A DNA stretch of 64,000 nucleotides from Candidatus Hydrogenedentota bacterium (GCA_029556545.1 JAKQEQ010000042.1:18729-82728), one strand, 5' to 3'. Counted from the first letter of the stretch, positions 21,429-31,613 are shown. Numbers and translations: made by a program. Notes: generated from the letters alone by a model not told the origin.

Positions 21429-23696
21429 ATGGATGCTGCCCCGTCGAGAAGGCTGTGCGCCGCGTGCGCCGTCGCGGCGTTCCTGTGCATCGCCGCGGCC
21501 ATGTTCACCCATACCGTCCTCGCCCGCGCCCCGTGGTTCGGCGAAGCGCCCATGAACATCGCCGGCTGGATGACCGGCGGTTCCACGCTCATGGCGAAGC
21601 ATTGGCACCACGAGGGCGCGTGCGCGATGCGGTTCGCCATGGTTTGGGAGCCGGACTCCATCGAGCAGCCGTACCTCGGCGAACGCACGCCCTACGTCTC
21701 CTATCCCCCCGGCGCGATCCTGCCCCTCCATCTGCTGGCCCTGTGCCGGGGCCGCGAACCGACGCCCAGCCTCGCAATGGCCCTCAACCTCGCGCTGCAT
21801 CTGGTCACCGCCCTGGTCCTCGCGGCAACCGTCGCCCTGTTATTGCGGCGCGCCGCATTCTCCCGGTGGAACGCCTTCGTCCTCGCGCTGGTCCCGCTGT
21901 CGCTCTATCTCTACCTCCCCATTGCCTACCACGAACACCTCATGAGCTACTTCGCCGACGCCGCCGTCCTTCCGCTCTACGCCCTCTTCATCTTCCTCGA
22001 AATGCTCAGAGACCGCGTCGAAAGACCTTGGATGCGTCGTTCGCTGGCCATGATTCAGGGGTTTGTCGGCGCGCTCGGGCTGCTCACCGACTGGCTATTC
22101 GCGTTCCTCGCGGCGTGCGTCTGGTTGGCGCGGCTCGGGCGCGGGCGGCTTGGGCGCGGCATCTTCGAACCCGCGCGAAACTCGCTCGTCTATGCCCTGC
22201 CCTTTGTGGCGGTACTCGCGCTCTTCATAGTCCAAGTGATCGCAATCGGGGGAAAAGACATGATCATCGAGCGGTTCCTCCTGCGATCGGGAGCCACGCC
22301 CGGCCACGGTCTCGCCGACGGTCGCAACCCGCTCGATTACGCCTCGCTGGACACCTTCCTCAGGTTCTCGCTCGATACGCGCTTCTGGAACGAGCATGTC
22401 CCCGCATCCTTCGGCCGACACGGAACACCGATCATCGTCTTCTCCTTCGCCGCATGGGCCGTCCTGACGCTCCTGACCGCCTTCAAGACCCTGCTTCACC
22501 GCCTCCGCCCCCGTCGTGGCCGGTCTCCCGACCGTGCCACCGACACGACCGAAGGTCTCCCCCGTTGTGGCCGGTCTCCCGACCGTACCACCGACACGAC
22601 CGAAGGTCTCCCCCGTTGTGGCCGGTCTCCCGACCGTACCACCGACACGACCGAAGGTCTCCAATCGTCCTCACCCTCGCCGAGAGCAAATGCCGCTGCC
22701 GGCCTGCTCGCCGCCGCGTTCCTGTATCTCGTTCCCTGCCTCCTCTACTACCACGTCTTCAAGCAGCACAACAACCTCCTCTTTCACCGCTACAGCACCC
22801 TCAAGTTCGCCCTGCCCCTGGCCGCGCTGCCCCTCGCGATCCTGCCGGCCGCGTGCTGGCGACTCTGGTTTCCGGCCCCCGCACCGCAACCCTTTCCCAT
22901 AGGTAAACGGGGGGAGTGGAAATTGGGTCCCTTGGCCGGTCGATGCGCTCCGGTGGCCCTGCTCGCGCTCGCCGCCGCGTTTCTCGTAGCCGTGACGCCC
23001 GAACGCAAGGCGCTCTTCTTCTCCGATGACGACCTCCGCCACGTCGCCGCCGGAAAGTTCATCGCCGCGAACACGACCCGGAACGACATCGTCTTCGCCC
23101 CCGCGCGCCCTGCCTGGGCCGATATGCCCCAGTTCCGATGCTACGCCATGAAGCGGCTCCACCCCGCGAGCTCCGTCTGGGACCTCTACGCCTTTGTGCG
23201 CGATATCGACGGTCCCTGGCGCATCGCGCTGTTCCTCGACCGCGCCGACCGGCTTGATCGGCTGCCGGAGTTGCGCGCGCTTGGGACCCTCATTCGGGAC
23301 CGCGTTTTCTTTCAGGGCGCGTTGTTGCTTTATGTTGATAAATGTATTTTTGCATCGTTTTGTGAACGTATACGTGTCAATACGAAACACCCGAATGACC
23401 GCAACCGCGATGGCCGACTGACCCTTGACGAACTCGCGCCCGTCATTGACGCCTATCTCGCCGGGGCCTATCACGACGACCCAAGCGCCCCTTCCGGCTA
23501 TGCCGCCGGGCCCGGCCCCGTTGCACTGCCGCATCCCGGAGACTACGGCCCGGACGTGGTGGACGGCCAAATCAATCTGTCGGAACTGCTCCGGCAGACG
23601 CAGTTGTACAATAGCGGCGGATACCGTTTCGACGCGACGGCGCAAGGCCGCTTCGCGCCGCACGCGCCCACGGAAACCACAGGAAGCATTCCATGA
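21429..23696 (+). CDS. polytopic membrane protein with internal 3x17-aa tandem repeat and C-terminal dockerin/EF-hand-like Ca-binding repeats
   Basis: More than 10 TM helices. PRRGRSPDRATDTTEGL x3. C-terminal DRNRDGRLTLDELAPVIDAY and DVVDGQINLSELL loops. Start chosen at MDAAPSRRL (21429); ORF opens at 21210. Confidence 0.6.
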   Translation: MDAAPSRRLCAACAVAAFLCIAAAMFTHTVLARAPWFGEAPMNIAGWMTGGSTLMAKHWHHEGACAMRFAMVWEPDSIEQPYLGERTPYVSYPPGAILPLHLLALCRGREPTPSLAMALNLALHLVTALVLAATVALLLRRAAFSRWNAFVLALVPLSLYLYLPIAYHEHLMSYFADAAVLPLYALFIFLEMLRDRVERPWMRRSLAMIQGFVGALGLLTDWLFAFLAACVWLARLGRGRLGRGIFEPARNSLVYALPFVAVLALFIVQVIAIGGKDMIIERFLLRSGATPGHGLADGRNPLDYASLDTFLRFSLDTRFWNEHVPASFGRHGTPIIVFSFAAWAVLTLLTAFKTLLHRLRPRRGRSPDRATDTTEGLPRCGRSPDRTTDTTEGLPRCGRSPDRTTDTTEGLQSSSPSPRANAAAGLLAAAFLYLVPCLLYYHVFKQHNNLLFHRYSTLKFALPLAALPLAILPAACWRLWFPAPAPQPFPIGKRGEWKLGPLAGRCAPVALLALAAAFLVAVTPERKALFFSDDDLRHVAAGKFIAANTTRNDIVFAPARPAWADMPQFRCYAMKRLHPASSVWDLYAFVRDIDGPWRIALFLDRADRLDRLPELRALGTLIRDRVFFQGALLLYVDKCIFASFCERIRVNTKHPNDRNRDGRLTLDELAPVIDAYLAGAYHDDPSAPSGYAAGPGPVALPHPGDYGPDVVDGQINLSELLRQTQLYNSGGYRFDATAQGRFAPHAPTETTGSIP
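22509..22661. repeat. 3 x 51 bp near-perfect in-frame tandem repeat inside the 21429 CDS
   Basis: cccgtYgtggccggtctcccgaccgtRccaccgacacgaccgaaggtctcc x3 with 2 mismatches. Also produces spurious minus-strand ORF 22095..22664. Confidence 0.9.
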
Positions 23697-25177
23697 GCAA
23701 TAAGACAAGGAGCGCCGACGGCGGCGGCCCGCTGGCCATCATTCTCATTGGGGCTTCAGGCGACCTCGCACTCAAGAAAGTGATTCCGGCGCTGTTCGCT
23801 CTGTACAGTCGGCAACTCCTGCCCGATCGATTCCAGATCATCGGCTACGCGCGTTCGGCGCTCAGCGACGAGGCGTTCCGCGAGCACATGATGGCCCACC
23901 TCACGTGCCGCTACGCGCCGGGCGACCAGTGCGACGCGCGGATTCGCGAGTTCCTCGAACACTGCGTCTACATCGCCGGGCAGTACGATTCAGCGGACGC
24001 TCTGCGCCGGATACAGCCCGCGCTGGCGTCCCTCGGCCCGACCGACGCGGTCAACCGCATCTTCTACATGGCGATACCGCCATTCCTCTTCATGGATGTG
24101 GCCCGCGCCCTTGCTGACGCCGGGCTCGTGACCCACAAGGACGACCCGGGCTGGTCGCGCGTGGTCATCGAAAAGCCCTTCGGTCGCGACCGGGCCTCCT
24201 CGGACGAATTGACGCGCAACATGGCGCGGGTGTTCGCCGAAGACCAGACCTACCGCATCGACCACTATCTCGGAAAGGAGGTCATCCAGAACCTGCTGGT
24301 GCTGCGCTTCGCCAACCTCATCTTCGATCCCATCTGGAATCGGGCCCACGTCGAGCACGTGAAGATTTCGTGGATGGAGGACTTCGGCCTCGAAGGACGC
24401 GCCGGCTATTTCGACGACTACGGCATTATCCGCGACGTGATGCAGAATCACCTGCTGCAAATCCTGGCGCTTGTCGCGATGGAGCAGCCGGTGAGTCTCG
24501 AAGCGGGTTACGTGCGCGACGAGAAAGTAAAGGCGCTGCGGTGCGTACAGCCGGCCACCCTCGAAGACCTCGTGGTGGGGCAATACACGGCGGGGTCCCT
24601 CCGCAGCGCGCGTCGTCCCGGCTATCGCGAGGAGGAAGGCGTGCCGCCGGACTCGATTACACCCACCTACGCCGCAGCGGCGCTCCGAATCCGCAATCGG
24701 CGCTGGGACGGCGTGCCCTTCCTCGTGCGCGCGGGCAAAGGGCTCAACGCGCGCATGACGGAAATCCGAATCCGGTTCCGTCCCGTGCCGGGTAACATCT
24801 TTCAGCATGCCGCGGGACACCTGGCGAACAACGAACTCCTTATTCGCGTGCAGCCCGACGCGGCCATCGCGTTTCGCATCGTCAACAAGGCGCCCGGACT
24901 GACCATCGCGCTCGAGGAAAGCGACCTCGACCTGCAGTATGCGTCCGCCTTCCCTGTACAAATTCCCGACGCCTACGAGTGCCTGCTGCTCGACGTGATC
25001 GAGGGAGACCGCAGCCTGTTTATACGTGCGGACGAACTTGCCGCGGCGTGGGACATCTTCACGCCCGCGCTGCACGAACTCGAATCGCACCGCATCCAGC
25101 CGCGGCCATATCCGTTCGGCGGTACCGGGCCCGACGCGGCCCAGGCACTGGCCGCGCGCTACGGCGCTACCTGGTGA
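23693..25177 (+). CDS. zwf: glucose-6-phosphate dehydrogenase
   Basis: 494 aa. GASGDLA dinucleotide motif, RIDHYLGKE substrate motif, EKPFGRD. Start overlaps the upstream stop (ATGA). Confidence 0.95.
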   Translation: MSNKTRSADGGGPLAIILIGASGDLALKKVIPALFALYSRQLLPDRFQIIGYARSALSDEAFREHMMAHLTCRYAPGDQCDARIREFLEHCVYIAGQYDSADALRRIQPALASLGPTDAVNRIFYMAIPPFLFMDVARALADAGLVTHKDDPGWSRVVIEKPFGRDRASSDELTRNMARVFAEDQTYRIDHYLGKEVIQNLLVLRFANLIFDPIWNRAHVEHVKISWMEDFGLEGRAGYFDDYGIIRDVMQNHLLQILALVAMEQPVSLEAGYVRDEKVKALRCVQPATLEDLVVGQYTAGSLRSARRPGYREEEGVPPDSITPTYAAAALRIRNRRWDGVPFLVRAGKGLNARMTEIRIRFRPVPGNIFQHAAGHLANNELLIRVQPDAAIAFRIVNKAPGLTIALEESDLDLQYASAFPVQIPDAYECLLLDVIEGDRSLFIRADELAAAWDIFTPALHELESHRIQPRPYPFGGTGPDAAQALAARYGATW

Positions 25178-25182
25178 TCCTC

Positions 25183-25968
25183 TTAGATACCAGATCCGTC
25201 CGATCCGTCCGATCTACCGGCGTCCCCGGTCGCCGGCCTCACTTTCTCGACGATGTGGCCGCGCAGCCAGCGGAAATACTCAGCCCGCTCGCCGGTCCCG
25301 GTTTCGAGGTAGGCGTCAATATACGGCAGCGCCTGCTCGAGCGCGCCCTGTTCGTAATACATCAGGCCAAGCTCCGACGCATTGCGGCCTCCGGGCACGT
25401 GCTGCACGCCCTCGAGGAAACACGCCTCCGCCCGTTCCGGGTCGCCTTGCGCCAGCGCGATCTCGCCCTCGTAGTACTTCGCTTTCGCGATTTCGATGGG
25501 AAGCCCCAATTCTCCGGCGATAGTTATCCAGCGCGCGATGAGGCCCTCCGCCTCGGCGTACTGGCCCAGCGCCATCAGGCAGTCGCACAGCGGCTCGAAC
25601 ACCGAAAGCGGCGGCGGATCGAATACCGCAGCCTCGCGCAAGAGCGGCGCCGCCGCCTCCAGTTCGCCCGCCTGCCAGTGAAGCACACCCAAGCGTTTGG
25701 CCGTGTCCGCCCGGTTCTGTGGGCCGTAAAAAGGTCGCGCGATCGCCTCGCCATACACGGCCTTCGCATTCTCAATCGCGCCGGCCTCCTCGAAACGCAT
25801 GGCCCGATCCATCAGCACCTCGCCAAGTTCGTTGTCGAGTCCATCGATGAACTCGCCCCCAAATCGCGCATACGCCCACGCCGCTGCAAAGAACACCGCG
25901 ACGCCGGCCACCGTAAACGCGGCCAGCGCCACCATCAGTTCCCGACGTGAGATCGCTTCCGTGCTCAT
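25183..25968 (-). CDS. TPR repeat protein with N-terminal TM anchor
   Basis: 261 aa. N-terminal TM (LMVALAAFTVAGVAVFFAAAWAYA) followed by TPR-like helical repeats. Start overlaps the stop of the upstream O-antigen-ligase gene. Confidence 0.7.
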   Translation of the reverse strand: MSTEAISRRELMVALAAFTVAGVAVFFAAAWAYARFGGEFIDGLDNELGEVLMDRAMRFEEAGAIENAKAVYGEAIARPFYGPQNRADTAKRLGVLHWQAGELEAAAPLLREAAVFDPPPLSVFEPLCDCLMALGQYAEAEGLIARWITIAGELGLPIEIAKAKYYEGEIALAQGDPERAEACFLEGVQHVPGGRNASELGLMYYEQGALEQALPYIDAYLETGTGERAEYFRWLRGHIVEKVRPATGDAGRSDGSDGSGI

Positions 25969-28955
25969 GGCGAACCTCCCGCGCCGGCATCCGCGGACTG
26001 TCCGCGTTCGAGCGCCGCCAGTTCCGCCTCCAGAACCGCGTACAGCGCCGAACTCGCGGCCGTCTTCTGGAGCAGCGCCTTATACTCGAATCGGGCCTCG
26101 GCCGCGCGGCCCGACTCCGCAAGCCGCCGCGCCAGCATGTGCCGCGTCAGCATCTGCTCGCCCCCTTCCGCCGCCGCCTGGCGCGCCGCATCGAGCGCCT
26201 CGGCCGCGCGCCCCAAGCGCGCGAGCGCCTCCGAGTAGTGGGCGAGCGCCGTGGCCCGTTTCGCGCCATCGAGTCCCGGCATTGCCGCCGCGAACACTTC
26301 GTGCGCCGCTTCCCAACGCCCGCTCCACACGAAAAGTTCGCCCATCGCCGCGAGAAAGGCCGCCTGATCAACGGGCGTCATCGCCGCCGACTGCAAGGAG
26401 TCAATGTACAGGTCGCCGATCCAGCTCAACGTGCGCTGCACGGCATCCGCGTCGCGCCCGAACGCAGGCGAGCGCGCCAGCGCGGCCAGTTTTTCGCCGC
26501 CCGCCAACAGCGACGCCGATGTGGGCACATCCAGCGCCGCCAGCAGCCCCAGCGCCTCCGGCGGAGTCCTGCGCTCCGCCTCCAGGCGGGCTATCGCCGA
26601 CACGGCGCGTTTCGCAAGCGCCGCGTTCCGCGTGGACCGGTCCATGACAATACTCAACTCGCCCCATAAGGGGAGGGAGGCCGGGTCGCGGTCGAGTGCC
26701 GCGTCGATCACCGTGCGCGCAAGCTGGACCTCCCCCGCTTCGCGATAGACCACCGCCTGGTGCCATGCGATTTCCGACAACGTCGCCGCCTGCGGCGGCT
26801 GCGCCCGCGCAAGACGCTCCGCCGCCGCGTGGAGCGCGTCCAGGAAACAGGCGCGCCGGTCGCACTCGCGCGCAAAGCCGTGATACACGCGCCACAGTTC
26901 AGGATCGTCAGGCCGCAGTTCCGCCGCCTGCCGGAACGCCCGCTCCGCCTCATCGACCGCACCGGCGTTGGCCCACGCAAGCGCGATCCGCTGTTGCAGA
27001 CCCGCCCGGTCGCGCGCGCCGTACACCAGCGCCCGATTCAGATGCTCCGCGACAACACGCCAGGAGTCGGCGTCATGCGCCTGAGTCGCGGCAAGGGCCG
27101 CGCGCATATCCCACAGGTCCGAGAGCGGCGGACAGAGCCGCTCGAGGCGATCAAGCACCCGCGCGGCGTCCTCCCGCGCGCGCGCGGCGCGCTCCGGCTG
27201 CGATTCCCGCGCAAGGACGGCGATATTCACGCGGGCCCGGGCCAGGCGCAGTAGCGCCTGCACGTCCCGGCAATCCTCCTGGTCGGCCCAGACCAGCCGT
27301 TTGACCGCCCCCGCATTGTCGCCCCGCCGCAGATCGAGTAAGGCCATGAACTGAGGGAATCGCGTGTCCCACGACGCAAGCGCCGCGCCGCGCGCCAGCG
27401 CTTCATAGGCTTTCCGGCGCACCGCCGCCGCCGCCGCGTTGTCGCCGCGCGCGGCGTATTGTTCCGATCCGTAGCGCGCGAACTCGGCCGTCTGCAAGTG
27501 CCGCTCCGCCGCGAACCACTGCGTCCCGTAGTACGCCGACACGAGGGCCGCAATCCCCGCGACGCTCGCGACCGTCACGGAGGCGGACCGACGCATCGCG
27601 CGCCCTGGCGCGAGCGCATCGAGTCCGCCAAGCAGCATGAAGAACAGGCCCGACGATACCGGAACACGGGCGTTGAAACCGAAGAAGCCGTCCACGGCGA
27701 AGACGCAGACGCAGGCCGCAAGCGTCATGCCGAGCCGACGCCGGTCCGGGTCGTCTCTCACGGCGGCGAGGGCCAGCCCCTGAAGCAACGCCCAGACCAG
27801 CAGAGCGATGTAGACCGCCGCGCCCGGCACGCCGGTCTCGACGGCGGTTTCGAGCAGGTCGTTGTGGACGTGCATGTTCTTCTTGCCCGTCGTCGCGAAC
27901 CAGTACTGCTCGTACTCCGTCCAATACGCCGCGTTATGAAGCGCATACTGACCGGGACCGAATCCCAGCGGCGGTTTGTCGAGCGCCATCCGCGCCGCGC
28001 CGTAGTAGCCGTTGTAGCGCAACAGTAGCGAACTGTCCAGCGGCACGTCCGCCCCGCGCGCCTCCGCACTTTCGCCCGCACCGCCCCGCCGGGAAACGAT
28101 CCCCGTTCGATACGCCGCCAGCAAACCCGCCAGCGCGACAGCGGCGACAATCACAGACGTCATCAACGTCACCCACGCCGCGCGCGCGGGGCGCGCTTCC
28201 CGGCGACACACCAGGGCCGCGATTCCCACAAGCGCGAGTGCGGCCAGCACCGCCACGCGCGGGCCGCGCGTGGACGTGAGATAAAGGTGGACACCGATGA
28301 GCAGTCCCGGCGCGATGTACAGCGGCTGACTGCGCGCCAGGCCCGCCGCGAGGATCAACGCGATCACGAGCGTGTGCGCCGCGAAATTCGGGTTGGCGTA
28401 GGTCGCCGGGAGCCCGAAATACTCCTCGACGTCCTTCTGGCCCCAGGGGAACGGGTCCGGCAGGCCGCTCGCCTGGTACAGCCCGTAGAGGCTCGATAGC
28501 GCCACGGCGAGAACCATGACCCCGGCAAGCCGCCGCACGTGCGCGGGCGTCCGGCAGGCGTGCGCGGTATAGAGCGCCAACAGCGAAAGCCCAAGCCATC
28601 GGCGTAATTCGACGAGACCGTGGGCCGCGCTCTCCGACGCCAGCGCGGACGCGAGATGAACAAGCAGAAACACCGCCAGCAATGCCGCCAGCGGCGACCG
28701 CCACCGCAACGCGCCGCCGGCAAACAGCGCATCCGCCACGCACAGCGGCGCAATCAGGAGCAGCGCCCAGTCCGTGATGAGCTGCTTGATCGGCCCCGCC
28801 GGGTTGTGCGTGTAGGGGTACAGGGCAAGCACAAGAAGGAACACGTACCCCATCAGGAGCGCGCGCATGCCCCGCCGCATTATCGTGTCCGATTCCCGCA
28901 TGCGTGGTGGTATAGCAAGTCGCGCGCATGCAGGCAAGTCAGCCTCGCGCATCAC
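25965..28955 (-). CDS. O-antigen ligase (Wzy_C)-like polytopic membrane domain fused to long C-terminal TPR repeat region
   Basis: N-terminal ~450 aa with more than 10 TM helices and a periplasmic loop typical of O-antigen polymerase/ligase proteins, then ~500 aa of TPR repeats. True start may be MRESD (28901) or MRRGMRALL (28880). Confidence 0.7.
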   Translation of the reverse strand: MMREADLPACARLAIPPRMRESDTIMRRGMRALLMGYVFLLVLALYPYTHNPAGPIKQLITDWALLLIAPLCVADALFAGGALRWRSPLAALLAVFLLVHLASALASESAAHGLVELRRWLGLSLLALYTAHACRTPAHVRRLAGVMVLAVALSSLYGLYQASGLPDPFPWGQKDVEEYFGLPATYANPNFAAHTLVIALILAAGLARSQPLYIAPGLLIGVHLYLTSTRGPRVAVLAALALVGIAALVCRREARPARAAWVTLMTSVIVAAVALAGLLAAYRTGIVSRRGGAGESAEARGADVPLDSSLLLRYNGYYGAARMALDKPPLGFGPGQYALHNAAYWTEYEQYWFATTGKKNMHVHNDLLETAVETGVPGAAVYIALLVWALLQGLALAAVRDDPDRRRLGMTLAACVCVFAVDGFFGFNARVPVSSGLFFMLLGGLDALAPGRAMRRSASVTVASVAGIAALVSAYYGTQWFAAERHLQTAEFARYGSEQYAARGDNAAAAAVRRKAYEALARGAALASWDTRFPQFMALLDLRRGDNAGAVKRLVWADQEDCRDVQALLRLARARVNIAVLARESQPERAARAREDAARVLDRLERLCPPLSDLWDMRAALAATQAHDADSWRVVAEHLNRALVYGARDRAGLQQRIALAWANAGAVDEAERAFRQAAELRPDDPELWRVYHGFARECDRRACFLDALHAAAERLARAQPPQAATLSEIAWHQAVVYREAGEVQLARTVIDAALDRDPASLPLWGELSIVMDRSTRNAALAKRAVSAIARLEAERRTPPEALGLLAALDVPTSASLLAGGEKLAALARSPAFGRDADAVQRTLSWIGDLYIDSLQSAAMTPVDQAAFLAAMGELFVWSGRWEAAHEVFAAAMPGLDGAKRATALAHYSEALARLGRAAEALDAARQAAAEGGEQMLTRHMLARRLAESGRAAEARFEYKALLQKTAASSALYAVLEAELAALERGQSADAGAGGSP

Positions 28956-29021
28956 GCGGTAACACGGGAATTCCAGGAATGCCCGGCCCGCGTAAGCGTA
29001 ACCTGCAATGCAATGTCGCGA

Positions 29022-29362
29022 TTACTCCGACCTCAGTGCAACGGACCGGGATTCCAACGATGAGAGACGCAGCAATCGCTGGTCATTTGTCAACAGCTCC
29101 GCTCCGAGAACCTGCGCTGTTGCTGCGATTATCGCGTCCGGCAGCTTCACACTTTCTCTGCGGCGTATTTTGATCGCGGCATATCGAATGTCAGGGGTAA
29201 GCTCAACAACGCCGACATCGCCCAGGAACACCCCAATCTCGTCTAGCTTAATAACTCCATCTCTGTGATGACGGAGACATAGTACGCGCACGACTCCAGG
29301 TCTTCCGCCACCATTCCTCGGAGAAGATAGAGGACGACGTTCGTGTCCAGAACGCGCCTCAC
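29022..29362 (-). pseudogene. vapC: vapC-like PIN-domain toxin gene, frameshifted
   Basis: GTG at 29362 (overlapping the antitoxin stop: GTGA) gives (M)RRVLDTNVVLYLLRGMVAEDLESCAYYVSVITEMELLS then a stop (~29243). The -1 frame continues ...VIKLDEIGVF...LPDAIIAATAQVLGAELLTNDQRL (ORF 29022..29291). The two halves together make a complete PIN domain. Confidence 0.65.
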
Positions 29363-29580
29363 CTCTCCCATTCTTCGCGCATCCGATGTTGAAAAGCCAA
29401 CGGCTCCTCGCCGCCCTTCAACTTACCCGAGAACGCCATCAAGTCCACCATCGCCGGCGCCCGCCTTCGAACGCCGCCAAGCTGTTGCTCGATTTCCAGC
29501 CAATCCCCGTAGGCAATCTGCACGGCTATCGGCTTTCCGGCGTCATCGGTGACAATCTTCTTTCGAATTTCTTGCATCAC
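29359..29580 (-). CDS. putative type II antitoxin (VapB-like, 73 aa)
   Basis: Small acidic/basic protein immediately upstream of the PIN gene with GTGA stop-start overlap. Family not recognised. Confidence 0.55.
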   Translation of the reverse strand: MMQEIRKKIVTDDAGKPIAVQIAYGDWLEIEQQLGGVRRRAPAMVDLMAFSGKLKGGEEPLAFQHRMREEWER

Positions 29581-29617
29581 CGTATTCCATCACAACTCGT
29601 CGCTTCGTGCGATTATA

Positions 29618-30487
29618 TCACGTTACGAAGCGCATTGGCGCGGGCCGCGGGTCGTCCGGGGCGACTTCCTCGGGCGAACACACCGGTGTGATGCCCGTAT
29701 CGATCCAGTGTTGCACCAGGCCGCGCAAGACCGGCGCCATCGCGTAGTACTGCCGCCCCTGTTCTTTCGGGTTGGCCGTTATCGCCGCCTCGCCCCGGAG
29801 GAACGCGGGCAGCACCTCCAAGAGCAGATCAAGCCCCGCCAGCACCACGCGCGCCCGGATGTGGCCAAGCTGCTCGCCTTGCGCCACGTCCACCACCCGG
29901 CGCGCGAGAATAGGGCCCGTGTCGATGCCACGGTCGATGAGGTGCACCGTCGCCGCGGGCTGCATGCCGTAGTACAGGCTCCATTCGGCGGCGTTCATGC
30001 CCCGAACGTGGGGCAGCCACGCGCTGTGCACGTTCAGGATGCCGCCGGGCACGCGTTCGAGGAAGGATGCGCGGAGTATGCCGCCGCCGGTAAAAAGGGC
30101 GTGACGTGGCCCGTATTGGTCGAGGAGGCGCAGCGCCGTCAACGAGTCGAGGCTTGGAACGACGTGCAAAGGCACGTCGAGTTCGCGACACAGCCGACGC
30201 AGACTGCGATGAGGCACGTTCCAGTCATCGAGTCGTTCGCGATACGTCGCGTATTCCGCGTCGTGAACCGTCGCCGTGCGGAACCCGAGCGCGCTCGCGA
30301 CGCGCCCGACCGCCTCGGGGCCCAGTCTGCGCCGCCACTGTCGCCACCGTCTCGGCGAGAATTCGTTGACGCACAGCACGGCCTTGACGGGCGGCGCCTC
30401 GGCCACGCGCCGCTTGAGCGCCCACAGGAGCGCCAGCGCCGTCGGCGCGCGCCGGTAGCCCGCCAGTAGGACGACGCCGTCAGCCAT
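29618..30487 (-). CDS. formyltransferase family protein (Fmt/ArnA-N-like)
   Basis: ILNVHSAWLPHVRGMNAAEWSL matches the formyl_trans_N catalytic region (N-x-H...LP-x-RG). Start at MADGVVLL (30487), overlapping the upstream gene's stop by 8 nt. Confidence 0.75.
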   Translation of the reverse strand: MADGVVLLAGYRRAPTALALLWALKRRVAEAPPVKAVLCVNEFSPRRWRQWRRRLGPEAVGRVASALGFRTATVHDAEYATYRERLDDWNVPHRSLRRLCRELDVPLHVVPSLDSLTALRLLDQYGPRHALFTGGGILRASFLERVPGGILNVHSAWLPHVRGMNAAEWSLYYGMQPAATVHLIDRGIDTGPILARRVVDVAQGEQLGHIRARVVLAGLDLLLEVLPAFLRGEAAITANPKEQGRQYYAMAPVLRGLVQHWIDTGITPVCSPEEVAPDDPRPAPMRFVT

Positions 30488-31613
30488 GCGTCGCGCCTCC
30501 CGCGTCAAGCGCATCGAGACGTCGTTGGAAATCGAGCATCGCATCGACAAAGAATTTCGCGGCCCAATTCGGGTAGCGCATGGTCAGATAACACCCATAT
30601 AGCGGATGCGAGCCCGCGATCGCGCCGTGCAGCCGCCGCCCCGGTCGCAGGCGCTGCCGCCGGCACACCTCGTCCAGCGCCTTCGCCGCGACGTTCAGAT
30701 AGCGCGGGTCGCCGCCGCGCTCGTACACGCGCAGCCAAGCCGACGCCAACTGGCAGTGGCCCGTGAGGCACACGAAACTGAGATCGCCCCGCCAGTCCGC
30801 GTCGTAGGAGCCGGCGATGCGCCCCTGTGTCTCGCACCGGCGCAACAGGCGCGCGCAGGAGTCCGCCGCGGGCGCGCCGTATCGGTCCCAGGCCTCGAGC
30901 GCGACGGCGCACTCGAGCAGTCCCTGAAGGATGTAGCCGATGGTGTGCGTAAACGCGGGCGCGCCAGGTCGAAAGCCCCAATTCACGAACGCGCCGTTCG
31001 CGAGCCGATCCGACAAGACCGCTTCCAGGCCCCGTTCCACGCAACGAAGCACCTCGGGGTCTCCAAACTGCTTCCCATACACGGCGAGGGGCCAGCACAC
31101 GTGGGCGTAGTAGCTCGGCGAAAATTCCGGTTCATAGGCGTGCTTCCGCCAGCGTCCGTCGGGGTCCTGCTCGCGGACAAGCCACGTCGCCGCGCGCTCC
31201 GCGGCCTCGTGAAACCGCGACTCGCGGCTGTACACGTGCATGACACACAGGCCGAGCAGGATTTGCGCCGTGTTGAACACGCTGGCCCGCCCGGGCCGCC
31301 TCGGGCGATACAGTCCGCCCGGAAACGCGCCCTCCGGCAGTTGCAGCGCCAACAACCAGTCCGCCATTCGCAACGCCCGTACCGCATACTCCGGGTAGTC
31401 GTAAACCGCCGCCGCCCGCAGCAGCGTCGGGATGATATAGCCCGTTGTCTCGGGATAGGGCGGAAACCACCCCACAATCGGCACATAGTACGCAGACGAC
31501 CCGCCCCCGGCGACAGCGTCCTGAGACGCGCACAGCCAGTCCAGCGCCGCGCGGATGCGTTCGGACATCGCCGCGCGCGCGGCTACGGGCTCATCCGGTA
31601 ATGGTCGCTTCAA
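30480..31613 (-). CDS. hypothetical protein, predicted alpha/alpha-toroid fold enzyme (prenyltransferase/squalene-oxidase-repeat or C5-epimerase-like)
   Basis: 377 aa, helical, W/Y-rich repeats. Co-operonic with the formyltransferase. Family assignment is inference only. Confidence 0.55.
   Translation of the reverse strand: MKRPLPDEPVAARAAMSERIRAALDWLCASQDAVAGGGSSAYYVPIVGWFPPYPETTGYIIPTLLRAAAVYDYPEYAVRALRMADWLLALQLPEGAFPGGLYRPRRPGRASVFNTAQILLGLCVMHVYSRESRFHEAAERAATWLVREQDPDGRWRKHAYEPEFSPSYYAHVCWPLAVYGKQFGDPEVLRCVERGLEAVLSDRLANGAFVNWGFRPGAPAFTHTIGYILQGLLECAVALEAWDRYGAPAADSCARLLRRCETQGRIAGSYDADWRGDLSFVCLTGHCQLASAWLRVYERGGDPRYLNVAAKALDEVCRRQRLRPGRRLHGAIAGSHPLYGCYLTMRYPNWAAKFFVDAMLDFQRRLDALDAGGATHG

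Noticed and set aside
25799-28150. Multiple Ala/Arg/Pro-rich ORFs on both strands over the O-antigen-ligase-TPR gene (e.g. 25799..26647+, 26696..27304+, 27934..28929-)
   Set aside because: GC-driven artefacts. The 25965..28955 minus frame gives coherent TM + TPR architecture.
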